A program made the translations under genes and the position numbers. Positions 31,474-42,873 of a DNA stretch of 64,000 nt are shown in pieces. Every line of letters starts with the position of its first letter. Within the stretch, counting starts at the first letter, position 1. Source of the DNA: a virus. Under the pieces are notes generated by a model, which was given only the letters and a program-made list of their open reading frames with translations, was not told where the DNA came from and did not search any database. The DNA lies in IMG/VR virus record IMGVR_UViG_3300028920_000050, positions 1 through 64,000 of that record, one strand, 5' to 3'.

Positions 31474-32811
31474 GATTATACCTCTACAAACTCAAGGTAT
31501 CTGAAATGACGTTTAATCAACTCGATGTTAAAATGTTTGCATGCAGTGGGTATGTCGGTAGCCACATGTACCCACCCTTCTCTGAACTTCTCTGTTAGAC
31601 TACCAATATTGTAATTTGGAAACTCACCATCTTCTGTCATAAAAGTTACACCGTTAGGTGTTACGTGGGTCACTACCATAAGCTTTCCGCCACGGTGAGG
31701 TGGTTTATAATAAAGCATGAGACCCGCATTAACTCCTTTACGCAGTATACTATTTCCGTTCAGTTTGTCACTAAGATTACAGTCAGTAACCTCTTCAATA
31801 AGCGATATTACACTTCTCTCATAACAACCGAACTTTCCTCTTATTTTTTGAAGAAGGCGGGATGCTTTATCAGTAATGGGTTCTTTCTTGACCCAATGAT
31901 TGATCTCCAGAAAGTATCCTGATGATCGGTCTACAAACATTATAAACTTTGCAAAAAATATGTCCATTTTGTTTCTCCTTTTTTATTTTAGTTTAATGTA
32001 AGATCTTACTTGAGGAGGGCCAGCCGCCCCATCCGCCCCAAGAACCAATCTCGTTTTTATATTGGATATTGTTGTTTTTCATGACAATATCAACCACGAA
32101 ACTAACGGGCTTGTTGTGTAGCGTAAGTAATAAGTTTATACAATACACAACATGCCCGCAGTTTTTAGTGACCCCTTTTGCATAAGGGCCTTTCATTTTT
32201 ATTTTAGTTACCCAGGCAACTGCCTGGACCCTGCTCTTTGGTTTTTTCCAACAGCGCATGTCCCAAAGATACAGATCATTTATTATCCTGTCCTTAAGCT
32301 TTGCTACAGGGAAAGATTTACGCTCATCTTCCTGCCGGCTTTTTTTAATCTCATTCCAGATAGCCATGCCTAATCCTTGCGAACAGGCGGGAGTAGTCCG
32401 AGCTTAGCCTGCCTTGTATACTCGGTATAATCAAAACAAAACATTTTATCGTGACTATTACATCCTATATCAAACCCCCACACTCTACAGCGTAGTTTAA
32501 ACTCGTCCTTTTCAAGACGAGTGAAAGCCTTGCTTCCTTCTGAACCGTAAGTGTACACCAGAACTGGTGACCCATTCTTTGTAAATATTGATATTGGCTT
32601 TGCCATAAGTTACTCCTCTGTTATAAGAAATTCTTCTTCGTCAATATATTCTGACAGTTGTTCTACTGTGCCCCTGTGCTGCTCACAGGTATCGAGTTGT
32701 TCAATAGTATAGATCCTTCCATCAGGCTCCCACACTATTGCAGAAGATCCATTTTTAAGTTTTAAAATCTGACCTTCATGAAACTTGACATCTTCGTACC
32801 TTTTGTACCTT

Positions 32812-33576
32812 TTAACGTGTTGCGACATCAGGTAGTAATTTATTTCTAAGGTAAGATCTTACACAATCTACAACTCGGTCCCGAAACATATGAAAAATCA
32901 CACCAATCTGTCTATTCTGGTAACCCTTGTACCTCATAGCGTTTACAAAAAGTGAACCATGATAGTAATGATCCTTTACGTGCTGGTATAGATGGTCATT
33001 ATTTTTGAGGGCTTCGCCAAGAGTATTGCCTTCCTTCGTGTTCATACAACAATACCAGCAATCACCTGATGATGGTTCGGGAAGTTTTTCCAGTTTCTTC
33101 ATTCCATCACAGTAGGACTTGATCATTTTATTGATCTTTTTAATTTTAGCCCAATCAGGATCCCGCTTTTCTGTGAGGAGTTTTCCTTCGTATGAGAACT
33201 TAATACCATCATAGAACATGAAGTGCTCTTCCTCTCCGTCTATACACACATACCATTGTCCTTTTTCCTGATAAATACCGAAGTTAGAGGGTAGATAATC
33301 ATTAAGTCTTTTCTTTGTTGTAATAGATCTCCACCCACCTGAATTAAGTACTATGTGGTCTTTGTGCCTTTCCAGAATTATTGTCTGGTGGTGTTTAAGG
33401 TAGTGTACTATTTCACCGTTTACACCTTCATCCCACGATACTGTAGAGTGGGCTTCTTTTTTTATATTGGTCTTACCTGTTTTGTCAGGCAGTAATTCTT
33501 TAATAGGTATATCTCTTCCCATCATTTTTTTCCTCCATTTTTTCTTTCTCAAAACATTCTTTGCAGATATCATCAT
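32812..33576 (-). CDS. Conserved phage early protein
   Basis: HQTII, LNSGGWRSITTKKRLN, IYQ..GQWYV. Confidence 0.6.
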   Translation of the reverse strand: MMISAKNVLRKKKWRKKMMGRDIPIKELLPDKTGKTNIKKEAHSTVSWDEGVNGEIVHYLKHHQTIILERHKDHIVLNSGGWRSITTKKRLNDYLPSNFGIYQEKGQWYVCIDGEEEHFMFYDGIKFSYEGKLLTEKRDPDWAKIKKINKMIKSYCDGMKKLEKLPEPSSGDCWYCCMNTKEGNTLGEALKNNDHLYQHVKDHYYHGSLFVNAMRYKGYQNRQIGVIFHMFRDRVVDCVRSYLRNKLLPDVATR

Positions 33577-33978
33577 TATTAATATCTACATTTGTTTTTC
33601 CGCACTCCCTGCAAAACTCTCCGTCTCTACCATAAGCAGCTACAATAAAAGTTTCAGTATTATCTGACATGCTAAACCTCCGTATATTCAAGTATTTTTT
33701 TAATAAGATCTTTTTTAGTTGAAAAAGTACAAACTACTGATGGTTCTATGTAGTCAGCACCTTCACCGTAAGCTTCGTTTTTCATTTTATAAATAACTTC
33801 ATCTATACCTTCTTTATCAAGAACATCACGAGCAGACACTTTTCTCCAATGTATAGATCCATGTTCCTGATCGGGCATTTTTAATGTATACATTACAAAT
33901 AAATATAAATACATAGCTTACTCCTTTACGTCCGCCCCCAAAAAAAAGAGGGGACGGACAGAATTGTAAGATCTTACT

Positions 33979-34782
33979 CTACACTCCGAGAAAGACCTTG
34001 TTAAACAGAGAAGTAATAAGCATATCCTTCTTCTGCTTTGTGCCTACCTGGATCTTCTTATTGGTGTTCAGGTACGTGAACTCGTTATAGAGTTCCCAAG
34101 CATTTTCGCCCTTGTGCATTTTGAAGTTATCAAATGCTTTACTCACCATGATGTTCTCACCTTTTTTATCAATAGTGATGATATGCTCTTTGTGCTCTTT
34201 CTTTACCTTGAGATTTACAAGCTTATTGTAATACTCAACGTAGGTTTCCCTGTAACGCTCTATTTCCCCGCCGAGCTTATGAAGATCTTCCATATTGAGC
34301 GTTCCTTTCATGTGTATCCCGCCAAGCTGTATTGCCGGCTGCATGGCATACATCAGGTTGGTGCAGATCAACCGGAGTACATTAAGCATACCTGAGAACC
34401 TGCGCGATCCATCAAAAGAATTGATACTGTCAAATGCAATCTTGGCAGTTTCATTCTTTTTGTTGTAAGGAACAATGGCATTTGTATTTAAAAGAAAGCG
34501 GGTATAGAATTTTCCACCGGCAAACTGTGTGCTGATAGAAAACTCCCCTGCAACTTCTTCAAGTTGGCGGTAGACGGGAATGATACTGTCTTTGAACTGT
34601 ACAATCTCGTACTGGTCTGAGACAATACCTAACCGCTGTCCTGTGTCGGACCTGTAGTTTACAAACCGCTGAGGGTCTGTAGTAAGTATTCCCTTTTGTG
34701 TTTTGAACTGTACTGGTGCTTGCAGTACATCAAACTTTAACCCCGCCCTTTCAAGCACCTGGGTGTCTGTTAACTTTTGCAT
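33979..34782 (-). CDS. DUF932/DUF945 family protein
   Basis: R.DT...LGIVS..Y.IVQ, NSFDGS, RLICTNLM. Confidence 0.85.
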   Translation of the reverse strand: MQKLTDTQVLERAGLKFDVLQAPVQFKTQKGILTTDPQRFVNYRSDTGQRLGIVSDQYEIVQFKDSIIPVYRQLEEVAGEFSISTQFAGGKFYTRFLLNTNAIVPYNKKNETAKIAFDSINSFDGSRRFSGMLNVLRLICTNLMYAMQPAIQLGGIHMKGTLNMEDLHKLGGEIERYRETYVEYYNKLVNLKVKKEHKEHIITIDKKGENIMVSKAFDNFKMHKGENAWELYNEFTYLNTNKKIQVGTKQKKDMLITSLFNKVFLGV

Positions 34783-34818
34783 AGATTTACTCCTTTTTAT
34801 TTTAATTTATGTAAGATA

Positions 34819-35445
34819 TTACATTTCAATATATTTTACTGCTTTGATCGGTTTGTGATTATTAGGACAACCAGTTGTATATACAAGTCTTGCTATCACG
34901 TGTTCCTGTGACAGATCATTAAAGGCTAGGTAGGCACATGTAATTGCTCCGCTAAGATACCATTCTCCCTTTTTTGGACACCGTTTTTCTCCTGCCTTTA
35001 CTGCACCTAATCCATACTTATGACCATCTTTACATTTTATAATTATGTGATGAGCATCACTATGATTAACAGGGTACACTACTTTGTCTGCAAGATTTTC
35101 CTGTGGCTTTTCATTCTCCTTGTTATACCAGTTAATAAACTGGACAACTTTTTTATACACAGCTTCAATCTTTGACTCTCCGTGTACTGATGGTGGGCTA
35201 CCATTAATATAGCAGGATGTTCCTACGATATAAAAAGTATATCCACCAAGCTGTTCAATGTATTCTACAACTGGCATTAACCAATCCCAAGAAGAGTGGT
35301 ATTTAAGTTCATCATGTAAACAACCGTTTTCATCTTCCCAAGGTTGTTCCCAATCCTCATTATAAGTACAGCCCATAAACTCAGCTATTAGTTTATTGGT
35401 TTCCATTGTCTTTCTCCATTTCATCCCGCTTTTTTTCGAGTTCAC
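34819..35445 (-). CDS. Conserved phage protein
   Basis: NKLIAEFMG, YHSSWDWLMPVVE. Confidence 0.55.
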   Translation of the reverse strand: MNSKKSGMKWRKTMETNKLIAEFMGCTYNEDWEQPWEDENGCLHDELKYHSSWDWLMPVVEYIEQLGGYTFYIVGTSCYINGSPPSVHGESKIEAVYKKVVQFINWYNKENEKPQENLADKVVYPVNHSDAHHIIIKCKDGHKYGLGAVKAGEKRCPKKGEWYLSGAITCAYLAFNDLSQEHVIARLVYTTGCPNNHKPIKAVKYIEM

Positions 35446-36312
35446 ATACGTTCACACAGGGGCCGGGGCAAATAGAACAGGGGAGTATCCGTTTGCCACA
35501 GGAAGGACACTTCTGTACTTCCATTACGGCCTTTAGTTCAACCTCAGTGTCACATTCAGCACACCACTCAACTGTTTTTTCTTCTGTAGTCATTGATATC
35601 CACCATAAGGTTATCAAGTTCGATAATGGTCTGCTCAAAAGCGTCTCTCAGATCATCTTCTTCAGCAGTATCCTCAACAGGAACCTCTGTATGAGCTTCA
35701 TATATTGTTTTTAGACTATTCCTCACCCTCTCCACGCTTGAGTACAGATCTTCCTGCAAAGGAACATTCACAGGCTTTTCCGGAAGAAAATACTGGACAT
35801 CCTCTTCCTTTACTCCGAGACCTACCTGATAGTCGTGTACTATCAGCCTGTACAGATCCCGGTTACTGTCCCTGGCACTCCGCAGTTCATTCTGTGTGAG
35901 GTATCCCCACGAACGGGGATAGAAATGACAAAGGCGGGCAGCACCATAGATATGTCCTATAAAAAGAGCAAGCATACCCATCTCATTAATAGCAAAGAGA
36001 CCAAGCCTTGCTTTATTATTGTCTTTAACTTTTGCCATTGTTTTCATTTTGTTCTCTTTTTTTACAAGTTTATTTAGTTTATTCTCTGCATACTCACTTA
36101 CTCTATACTTGTGATGCTTACTGAGAACCATCTCAGCCCTGACAAGTTCAGCTTCTTCTTTACTGTGATAGTGTGTGGGTATACCATTAGTATATGAAGA
36201 TGGTTTCCACTCATCATTATCTTTATTATATACTTCGATAACAAATGATCTTTCTTTTGTTTTTGTTGTCATTTTTTACTCCTTTTTTATTTTAGGTTGT
36301 AAGATCTTACAC

Positions 36313-36612
36313 TTAGCTTTTTTTATCAGGGGACAGAAAATTAACTTCCTTGCCTACAATATACACGTAATTATCTGCCTTACTAAGTCTCCCCGACACA
36401 AGTACCCTTGAGTTTTTCTTGAGGTACTTATTACAGGTTTCAGCCAGCCTTCCAGTAGTTATAATATCAAAGGTAGTTACCTCTGTTATCTTATTGCCAG
36501 CTTTATTAGTATAGGCTCTGTTACTTAAGACTAACATCCTGCACTTTCCGTCTTTAAAAGCGGGGTCTGCCTTAAGATGACCTTCTATCACAGAGAAATT
36601 AAAGTCACTCAT
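36313..36612 (-). CDS. ssb: Bacterial-type SSB lacking the acidic tail
   Basis: N...IEGHL.ADP, LAE.C.KYLKK.SRVLVSGRL. Confidence 0.85.
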   Translation of the reverse strand: MSDFNFSVIEGHLKADPAFKDGKCRMLVLSNRAYTNKAGNKITEVTTFDIITTGRLAETCNKYLKKNSRVLVSGRLSKADNYVYIVGKEVNFLSPDKKS

Positions 36613-37107
36613 GATTTAACCTCCACTATACGATAATCCTCTCTAGGGTGCTTCATGATGTCACACACTTCATCAATTTCCTTTTGGGCTTCCGCTTTAC
36701 TTCGGAAAACCATAGGTTCACCTTCTTCTGTCCAAGGTGCATTATCCCATCCGTAAATGAAATGAAGCTGAACTTTATAGTAAGAAACCGGTGGTGTGTA
36801 ATGTACTTGAGGACACTTTAGCAGATCATCACTGTCTGTTATTTTCTTACCGTCTGCATCAGTCAGTACATATCCGCAGTGGTGACACTGGAACCGATCA
36901 ACCAGACCACCTGTTACCTGTTCCTCTGTAGGACTGTATTCAACAGATGCGTACCTTCCGTTATTGTTTTCATTATTTTCAACATGAATGATATCTATAA
37001 CGGTAGAGTGTGTGGCATCTACAACAACCTCTTCAACCCGCCTTTGCTTGTTACAGTTAGGACAATTAAATACTGCTTCTTCCATGTCATTACTCCTTTG
37101 TAAGATC

Positions 37108-37644
37108 TTACAATAAGCTATTCTTTTTAAAAGAATAGTAGTCGTTCCCAGGACCCCCTACAATGATATGGTCAAGTATAGTGAGTCCAAGGAGTTCCGC
37201 TGCTTTTTTAACCCTCTTGGTAAATAGTATATCCTCTTCTGATGGGGACGCATTTCCCGAAGGATGATTATGTATCATAATGAAGCTCCTGCAATTTGTC
37301 TTGAGCAAAAGTATAAATAAATCAGCAGGAGGAACTTCAATAGTCCTGTGACCACCTGTAGCTACTTTCTTTTTTATAAGTAATTTGTTTTTATTGTCAA
37401 CTCCAATTATAATGATACTCTCATTGTGCTCGAAATCGTTTTTTACTAAATCAAACACATTATCTGGAGATGTTATATAAGGAGCGTTTAGCTCAGCAAG
37501 CTTTAGGTAGAAATACTTTACTTTAAACTTATCCTTGTACTTCATTTTCCACCTCTTCTTCATCTTCTTCGTACTCCCAAAAGCCAAAGTCAGATCCGTC
37601 ACCTTCATGCGCTCCGAAGGTTGTACCATAAGGAGCAATTTCAT
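37108..37644 (-). CDS. radC: RadC/JAB domain protein
   Basis: HNHPSG...PS.ED...T, LDHIIVG. Confidence 0.9.
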   Translation of the reverse strand: MKLLLMVQPSERMKVTDLTLAFGSTKKMKKRWKMKYKDKFKVKYFYLKLAELNAPYITSPDNVFDLVKNDFEHNESIIIIGVDNKNKLLIKKKVATGGHRTIEVPPADLFILLLKTNCRSFIMIHNHPSGNASPSEEDILFTKRVKKAAELLGLTILDHIIVGGPGNDYYSFKKNSLL

Positions 37645-38325
37645 TCATCTTATCCCAAATGACTTCATTTAACATTTCAGACGCTTCACTTTCCTTGCCT
37701 ATCTTTACAAGGTGTATAACATCCTTGCAATACCTTAGCAGGTTAGTGAGCCGGTGAGGTTCTACAGAATGTGGCGGAGTAATACTTATAAAAGAACCTA
37801 TAGCTTCCGCAATATCTTCTGGTTTATGTGTTGCACGAGAAACAGAATAATTAACGAAGCAGTTAGGGAGGCACTCCATATGCATATCGTTGTCTATCAT
37901 GGCCAGTTGACGAGAATTAATTGTGCACCAAACACCATTTATTTCCATAACCTTTTCTATGGTCTGCGGGGCCATTGGAATGATAAGGTAATTGTGCAGA
38001 TCCATGAACTCGGAAAAAACAATGTACGTGTCATATACGGCGGAACATACAATGTACCATACACATGTGCCTACTCCTTCACCAGACATGTAGATATACA
38101 TAGGCATACTGTCTGTGCCAACCATTACATCAGCACTATCTACTAATCTATGTTTGCAGGACATTATTGTCCCAAGATTTTTTGTATACTTGTTCATAAA
38201 TGAACTCCTTTTTTATTTTAGGTTAAAGGCAAGTCTGCAACTCCTGGGAGGACACCCGCCATCAACAAGGGTGTACCAGAATGGAGCTGCAGACTTACCT
38301 GCTTAACTAACAGATTGGTTATGAA

Positions 38326-38721
38326 TTAGCAAGCCTTTTTGTAAGATCTTACTTTTCTACTTTTTTCGTAGCGGTAAGTATCTTTATCTTTATGAGTGGA
38401 AGAGGACTCAACAATAATACTATCCCTGAACCATGTAACACCTGTAAACCTGTGTACATCTCCGGGCTTTACTCTCATGTAGTCTCCCTTGCGGAGAACA
38501 TATATTTTATTATTGAGTTCCATGCGGACCTTGCCGCAAAGAATGATGAATACTTCATCTTTTAATTTATGATAGTGCAGACTGCACTGAAAACCTGATT
38601 TTAATACAAGTACTTTCGTACAATAGTCACTATTAACTATAAATCCTTCGAGACCCCACACTTTACGTGCGATCTCTATAAAGAAGTTTTCTTTAAATTG
38701 ACGTTTAAGATTTTTCCACAT
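38326..38721 (-). CDS. Cupin (sugar isomerase-like)
   Basis: KVWG.E, CSLHYHKLKDE.F, PGDVHRF. Confidence 0.8.
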   Translation of the reverse strand: MWKNLKRQFKENFFIEIARKVWGLEGFIVNSDYCTKVLVLKSGFQCSLHYHKLKDEVFIILCGKVRMELNNKIYVLRKGDYMRVKPGDVHRFTGVTWFRDSIIVESSSTHKDKDTYRYEKSRKVRSYKKAC

Positions 38722-40969
38722 AATAATTTCCTCTAAAAAGGGGTTTCCGTACCAAACGGTATCTGCTGGTCGGATGCGTGCAAGGCACGGAAACCCGTTT
38801 ACCTAAAATGTTTTGGAGTTGAATTAGCTTACCGTAACAGTATTCATGTTCCGGTAAATCCGTGTACGCTGTTTGTATTGTTTGTTTCTCTCGTTGATAA
38901 ATGCACCAAGCAGTTTGCCAAGTGATTTACGGAGAGCTGTCCACCCTTCTTTTGGCTTAGGGTGGTTAGCAAGATAAAGAAGATCATTCTTTGCGGCAAT
39001 AGGCAGTGTGGAGATAGAATAGACAACGGCAGCAAGCTTCTTTGCATGAGCGTCCTTTGCTTCTCCCATATCTTTTCTGGCCTTGGTTATTTCCTTCACA
39101 AGGTTATCCTTCCGTGTTTTAATTATTGACTGGACTTCCTTTTCCGGCTTTTCACCTTCAACTGAAGCAAGCTCCAGTTTAATTAATCTTATCGCTTCAT
39201 CACGCATGATGTACTCCTTAAAGTAAAATAAAGGCAGCCTAGCTACTCAACTGCCGGGGTAGTTTTCAATATAGTGGAGCGGGGGGCCGTGCCAGTATTC
39301 CTGACACTGCAGCCTTTGGTGACCGCTTCCCAGGGGGCATTATTTTCGCAACTTAAGAGGACTCACTGGCATAACGTTCCGTCTTAAGACTACCTTTCCT
39401 CTCCCTGCCCTACCAGAGGGCGGGGTTTGCAGGAGGCTCCGCAACTTGCAAGTCTGTATAAAAAAGAGTGTAAGTATAAAGTCATTGGTCAAAAAATAAA
39501 TGATGTAAGATCTTACATCAGGCGACTGAACCGTTACAGGCCCCAACGTAAGATCTTACATCTGCGCGGCTAATTATACCCTGTAAAGTCCGCTATCGGA
39601 ACAGGGTGACGGAATTTCAGGATCAAAAGCATCCCGGAGTATCCGTAGATGTTTTCTCCCTAGCCGTGTCCGCTTGCGGAGAGTATTAAGCTGATCTTGC
39701 TTCTTCTTTTTCTTTGGTTTCTTCTGCTTTTTCATTGGAAGCCCCCTCAGCTTTTTTAGCTTTATCCTCAAGGCGCTTCTTTTTAGCGGCCTCAAGCTCA
39801 ACCTTTTTAGCTTCTTTCCGTTTGATAAGCTCGTCCTCTATGCGCTGAACAGTATCAACACTGTGATACTCTCCCGGTTTCCATAAAGGGTGCTCAACAT
39901 TACCGGTAATTCGGAGGTCCGTGGTGAGTTTACCGGCTGTATGGAACTCCTCAGTAAGAACTTTCTCAATGAGATCGAGCTTACCGACATAGATACGCTT
40001 GCGGATACCTGTAGTACCGCTGCCCTTGGTAAAGGCAATACGGACGGCAGGTTTACCGTAGTGGCTGACGTTTTGGATGTTGACATGAACACACTTGATG
40101 TTCATTTCTTCGATAATTTTATCTTTCATCTTTTTTGTCTCCTTGTTTATTATTATAGTAACACTGTTGGTGGTGGACTATTAATTTGTCTACCTCATGT
40201 TCAGGTAACTTCCGTAGGGTAGTACCTGTATTGGAGTTCTTGTATTTCTTGCACCGTTTTAATGGACAATCTTTTTTAGGGGTGGGGCACTCTGTAAGGT
40301 AGGTCTTTATCATGTGCATAGATACAAGCATATCTATCATCCCCTAACTCCCGCAAAGAAGGAATACACTTTAAACTTAAACTTCCGCCAAGTCATTTTC
40401 TTTTTCCAGTATGCGATCCTGTCAAGCACCTTTTTTTCAAGATCTTTATAATAGTCGATCTGCTCACAGCTGTCCGGACATGTCTTGCGGTCGGCGGACC
40501 GAAGGCGGAAGCCCTGGCAATTATTGCATATCGTATCACACGCTTCATTAAGAGCGTTGGACATCTTGACATGCAGGTCGTCATACTTTTTAGGTTTCAT
40601 AATTACTCCAAAACAAATGTGAGGAGACCTACAATACCTCAGCGTTACAGATCTCCTCACAATAATTAGCTAGATTATTTGCTTGTATAATAATTTGTTT
40701 TTATATTAGGTATTTTGTGTAGCTACCGCATAACACCCCCTTGCCTACTCTCAGGCGGTCCGGTTGTTTTTTGGTTGGCATACTTGCCGCTAAAGGTTTA
40801 AATATAAGGTTTGTGTTTCCACATGAAATACTATTATACAATAAATGTAACATCTTACAAGTCCCCTCTATGTAACAGAGAAAAAAGAGCAGTTGTAATT
40901 AAGCAAAAATAAAAGTAAGACCCTACACCCTGAACTGCAGCTGGGAGGCCCCGCGATCCAGAATGTAAG

Positions 40970-40997
40970 ATCTTACAATTTATAATATTTGTGGCAA
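40970..40997 (-). promoter_or_regulatory. Putative promoter whose -10 box lies inside the palindrome
   Basis: TTGCCA-16 bp-TAAGAT. Confidence 0.45.
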
Positions 40998-41279
40998 GGC
41001 GCCACCACCCTTCCCTACTCTTTCTCCAAAATTTTATTTTAATACTTGCAGTAAAAATCTGCGGGGACCGCCAACCTTGTCCAGGCGATCCCCACAGATG
41101 TTATTTACGTATACCGGATATAAAGGAAATTAAGACCGGACACACATAAACCAGTAAACAGTTATTTGCTAAAGCATAAGAGCTTTAAGCCGTAAATAAA
41201 AAACATAAATGTAAGTTCCCCCATAACAGAAATAAAAGAGATATTAAAACAAATAGTACAGGCCCATATTGATTAGGCC

Positions 41280-41327
41280 AAAAAAATACCCGGAAAGGAT
41301 TATTATTTTTAATCCCTTCCGGGTATT
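41280..41327 (-). terminator. Intrinsic terminator after 41388..42284
   Basis: AATACCCGGAA/TTCCGGGTATT stem plus a T7 tract on the minus strand. Confidence 0.75.
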
Positions 41328-41387
41328 GTAATGTAAGATCTTACAATCGAAATTGTAAGATCTTACATTTAGCAGGAAATGAAATGA

Positions 41388-42284
41388 TTATTTTTTTAAC
41401 TTGCGGGTAATGGTGCGCTCATAATTTTCGGTAACCTTTTTGATATAATCAGTACAGGATTTTTCAACCTGTTTCAATTTATCTTTACCGATTTTGATCT
41501 TTAAAATGTCAGATACAATGTCAACAGCATTTTCAGCCAATAACATTTTACAGATCATTTCTTTTTGATCATTAGATTTTTTGTTTTCCTTTTTGATACT
41601 GTCTCGGTCAATTTGTTTTGACATTTCACTGATCATTTTTTCACGTTCTAAAATTGCATTGTGCTGTTTATCAATTTTTTCACGTTCTTTATTATCGGTG
41701 ATTTTTGCCGTATTTGGTAATAGATTTACTTCTTTTTTTGCCTGATCTATTCCGAGCTTGCAAATATACTTTTTATATTTGCTATCATCTTTTAAATTGC
41801 CGTTACCACTTGCAATATAGGTGATCAGCTTTTTGATGCTATCATCATTTAACTGATTTTTCTTGACCGTCTTTGCTAAGTTCATTAGAACCGAGTACGG
41901 TACATTTGTACCAAGTTCAATCTGAAAATTAGCAAAATACCCGGCTGAAATTAATTTCATTACTGCATTTTGTTTGACATGTAAACGGCTGAAATATTCT
42001 TTCCAGTATTCATCCACGACCGAAGATATTGACGGTTTTTTGGAATAATTGTCAGGATTTTTTTTATAATCTGTTAACTTTTCTGTCAACAGATCAGCAG
42101 TAAAATTATGTAACATGGCATGGTACACGATTTTACTTGCATTTTCATATTTTGACATGGTAATGATCTTTTTGAATTGATCATTACGATTGTTAACTAC
42201 CGTTAACATATTGCCCATGTCAATAGATGATTTAAAGATTTTGTCCGTGTCGGATTTTGATACGATTGTTTGATTTTTATTCAT
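41388..42284 (-). CDS. Stand-alone first early gene, putative helical DNA-binding protein
   Basis: Own promoter and terminator; W.EYF....A.MKLI and VPYSVL..LA are weakly reminiscent of ParB/DUF3102-type HTH regions. Confidence 0.55.
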   Translation of the reverse strand: MNKNQTIVSKSDTDKIFKSSIDMGNMLTVVNNRNDQFKKIITMSKYENASKIVYHAMLHNFTADLLTEKLTDYKKNPDNYSKKPSISSVVDEYWKEYFSRLHVKQNAVMKLISAGYFANFQIELGTNVPYSVLMNLAKTVKKNQLNDDSIKKLITYIASGNGNLKDDSKYKKYICKLGIDQAKKEVNLLPNTAKITDNKEREKIDKQHNAILEREKMISEMSKQIDRDSIKKENKKSNDQKEMICKMLLAENAVDIVSDILKIKIGKDKLKQVEKSCTDYIKKVTENYERTITRKLKK

Positions 42285-42398
42285 AATATTTTTCCTTTTA
42301 TTTTAATTTAGTTAAAATGTAATATCTTACATTCTATATAAAAAATAAAATGTAATATTACATTTTTACAGGATCACAACATGCTGATCCTATTCTTA

Positions 42399-42426
42399 AT
42401 TGTATCATGATTATAGTTTTTGTCAA
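42399..42426 (-). promoter_or_regulatory. Sigma70-type early promoter
   Basis: TTGACA-16 bp-TACAAT with TGn extension, flanked by GTAATATTAC palindromes. Confidence 0.7.
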
Positions 42427-42644
42427 GTTTAATTTTTATCAATTTTGTAATATTACAAAAATCCGATACAGTAACCCGGAACCGTGATCCCGGTACTGGA
42501 GATTGAAGGACACCCCCGACGCCGTCAGAGGGTCCGGGTCCCTATGTACTTGAAGCTGAGAACTTTAAAGGATTTAGATTTTAAGTTAGCAATACATAAA
42601 CATATCCAACACACTTTAAAACACACTTTGCAGCACACTCTTAC

Positions 42645-42873
42645 TACTACTCTTATATAGGGTAATGTTAGAGGGCTTTCGGGCCTGGCTCCCGCCGGTT
42701 TTTAAAGCTGTATTATAGGAGCAAAAAATAATTCGGATCTTTGGAAATACAATATATAGCGTGCTTTGAACAATACCTGCTGCATAGAACGCACGTAATA
42801 CAGGATCTTTGTACTACTCTTACTATGTGTACTGTTAGTGTACTTGTTGGGCCGTTCTCCCGCCCGTTTTTAG
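42645..42873. repeat. Imperfect ~60-bp direct repeat pair
   Basis: TACTACTCTTA..TGTTAG..GGGCC...CTCCCGCC.GTTTTTA at about 42645 and 42812. Confidence 0.65.

Noticed and set aside
39270-39445. tmRNA (the minus strand ends in ...GCTCCACTA)
   Set aside because: No T-loop (TTCRA), too short, and no tag reading frame recognised.
40679-40707. Plus-strand promoter TTGCTT-17-TATATT
   Set aside because: AT-rich context makes a chance match likely, and no convincing ORF lies downstream.
40814-40830. Second parS-like site (TGTTTCCACATGAAATA)
   Set aside because: About four mismatches and a broken CACGTG core.
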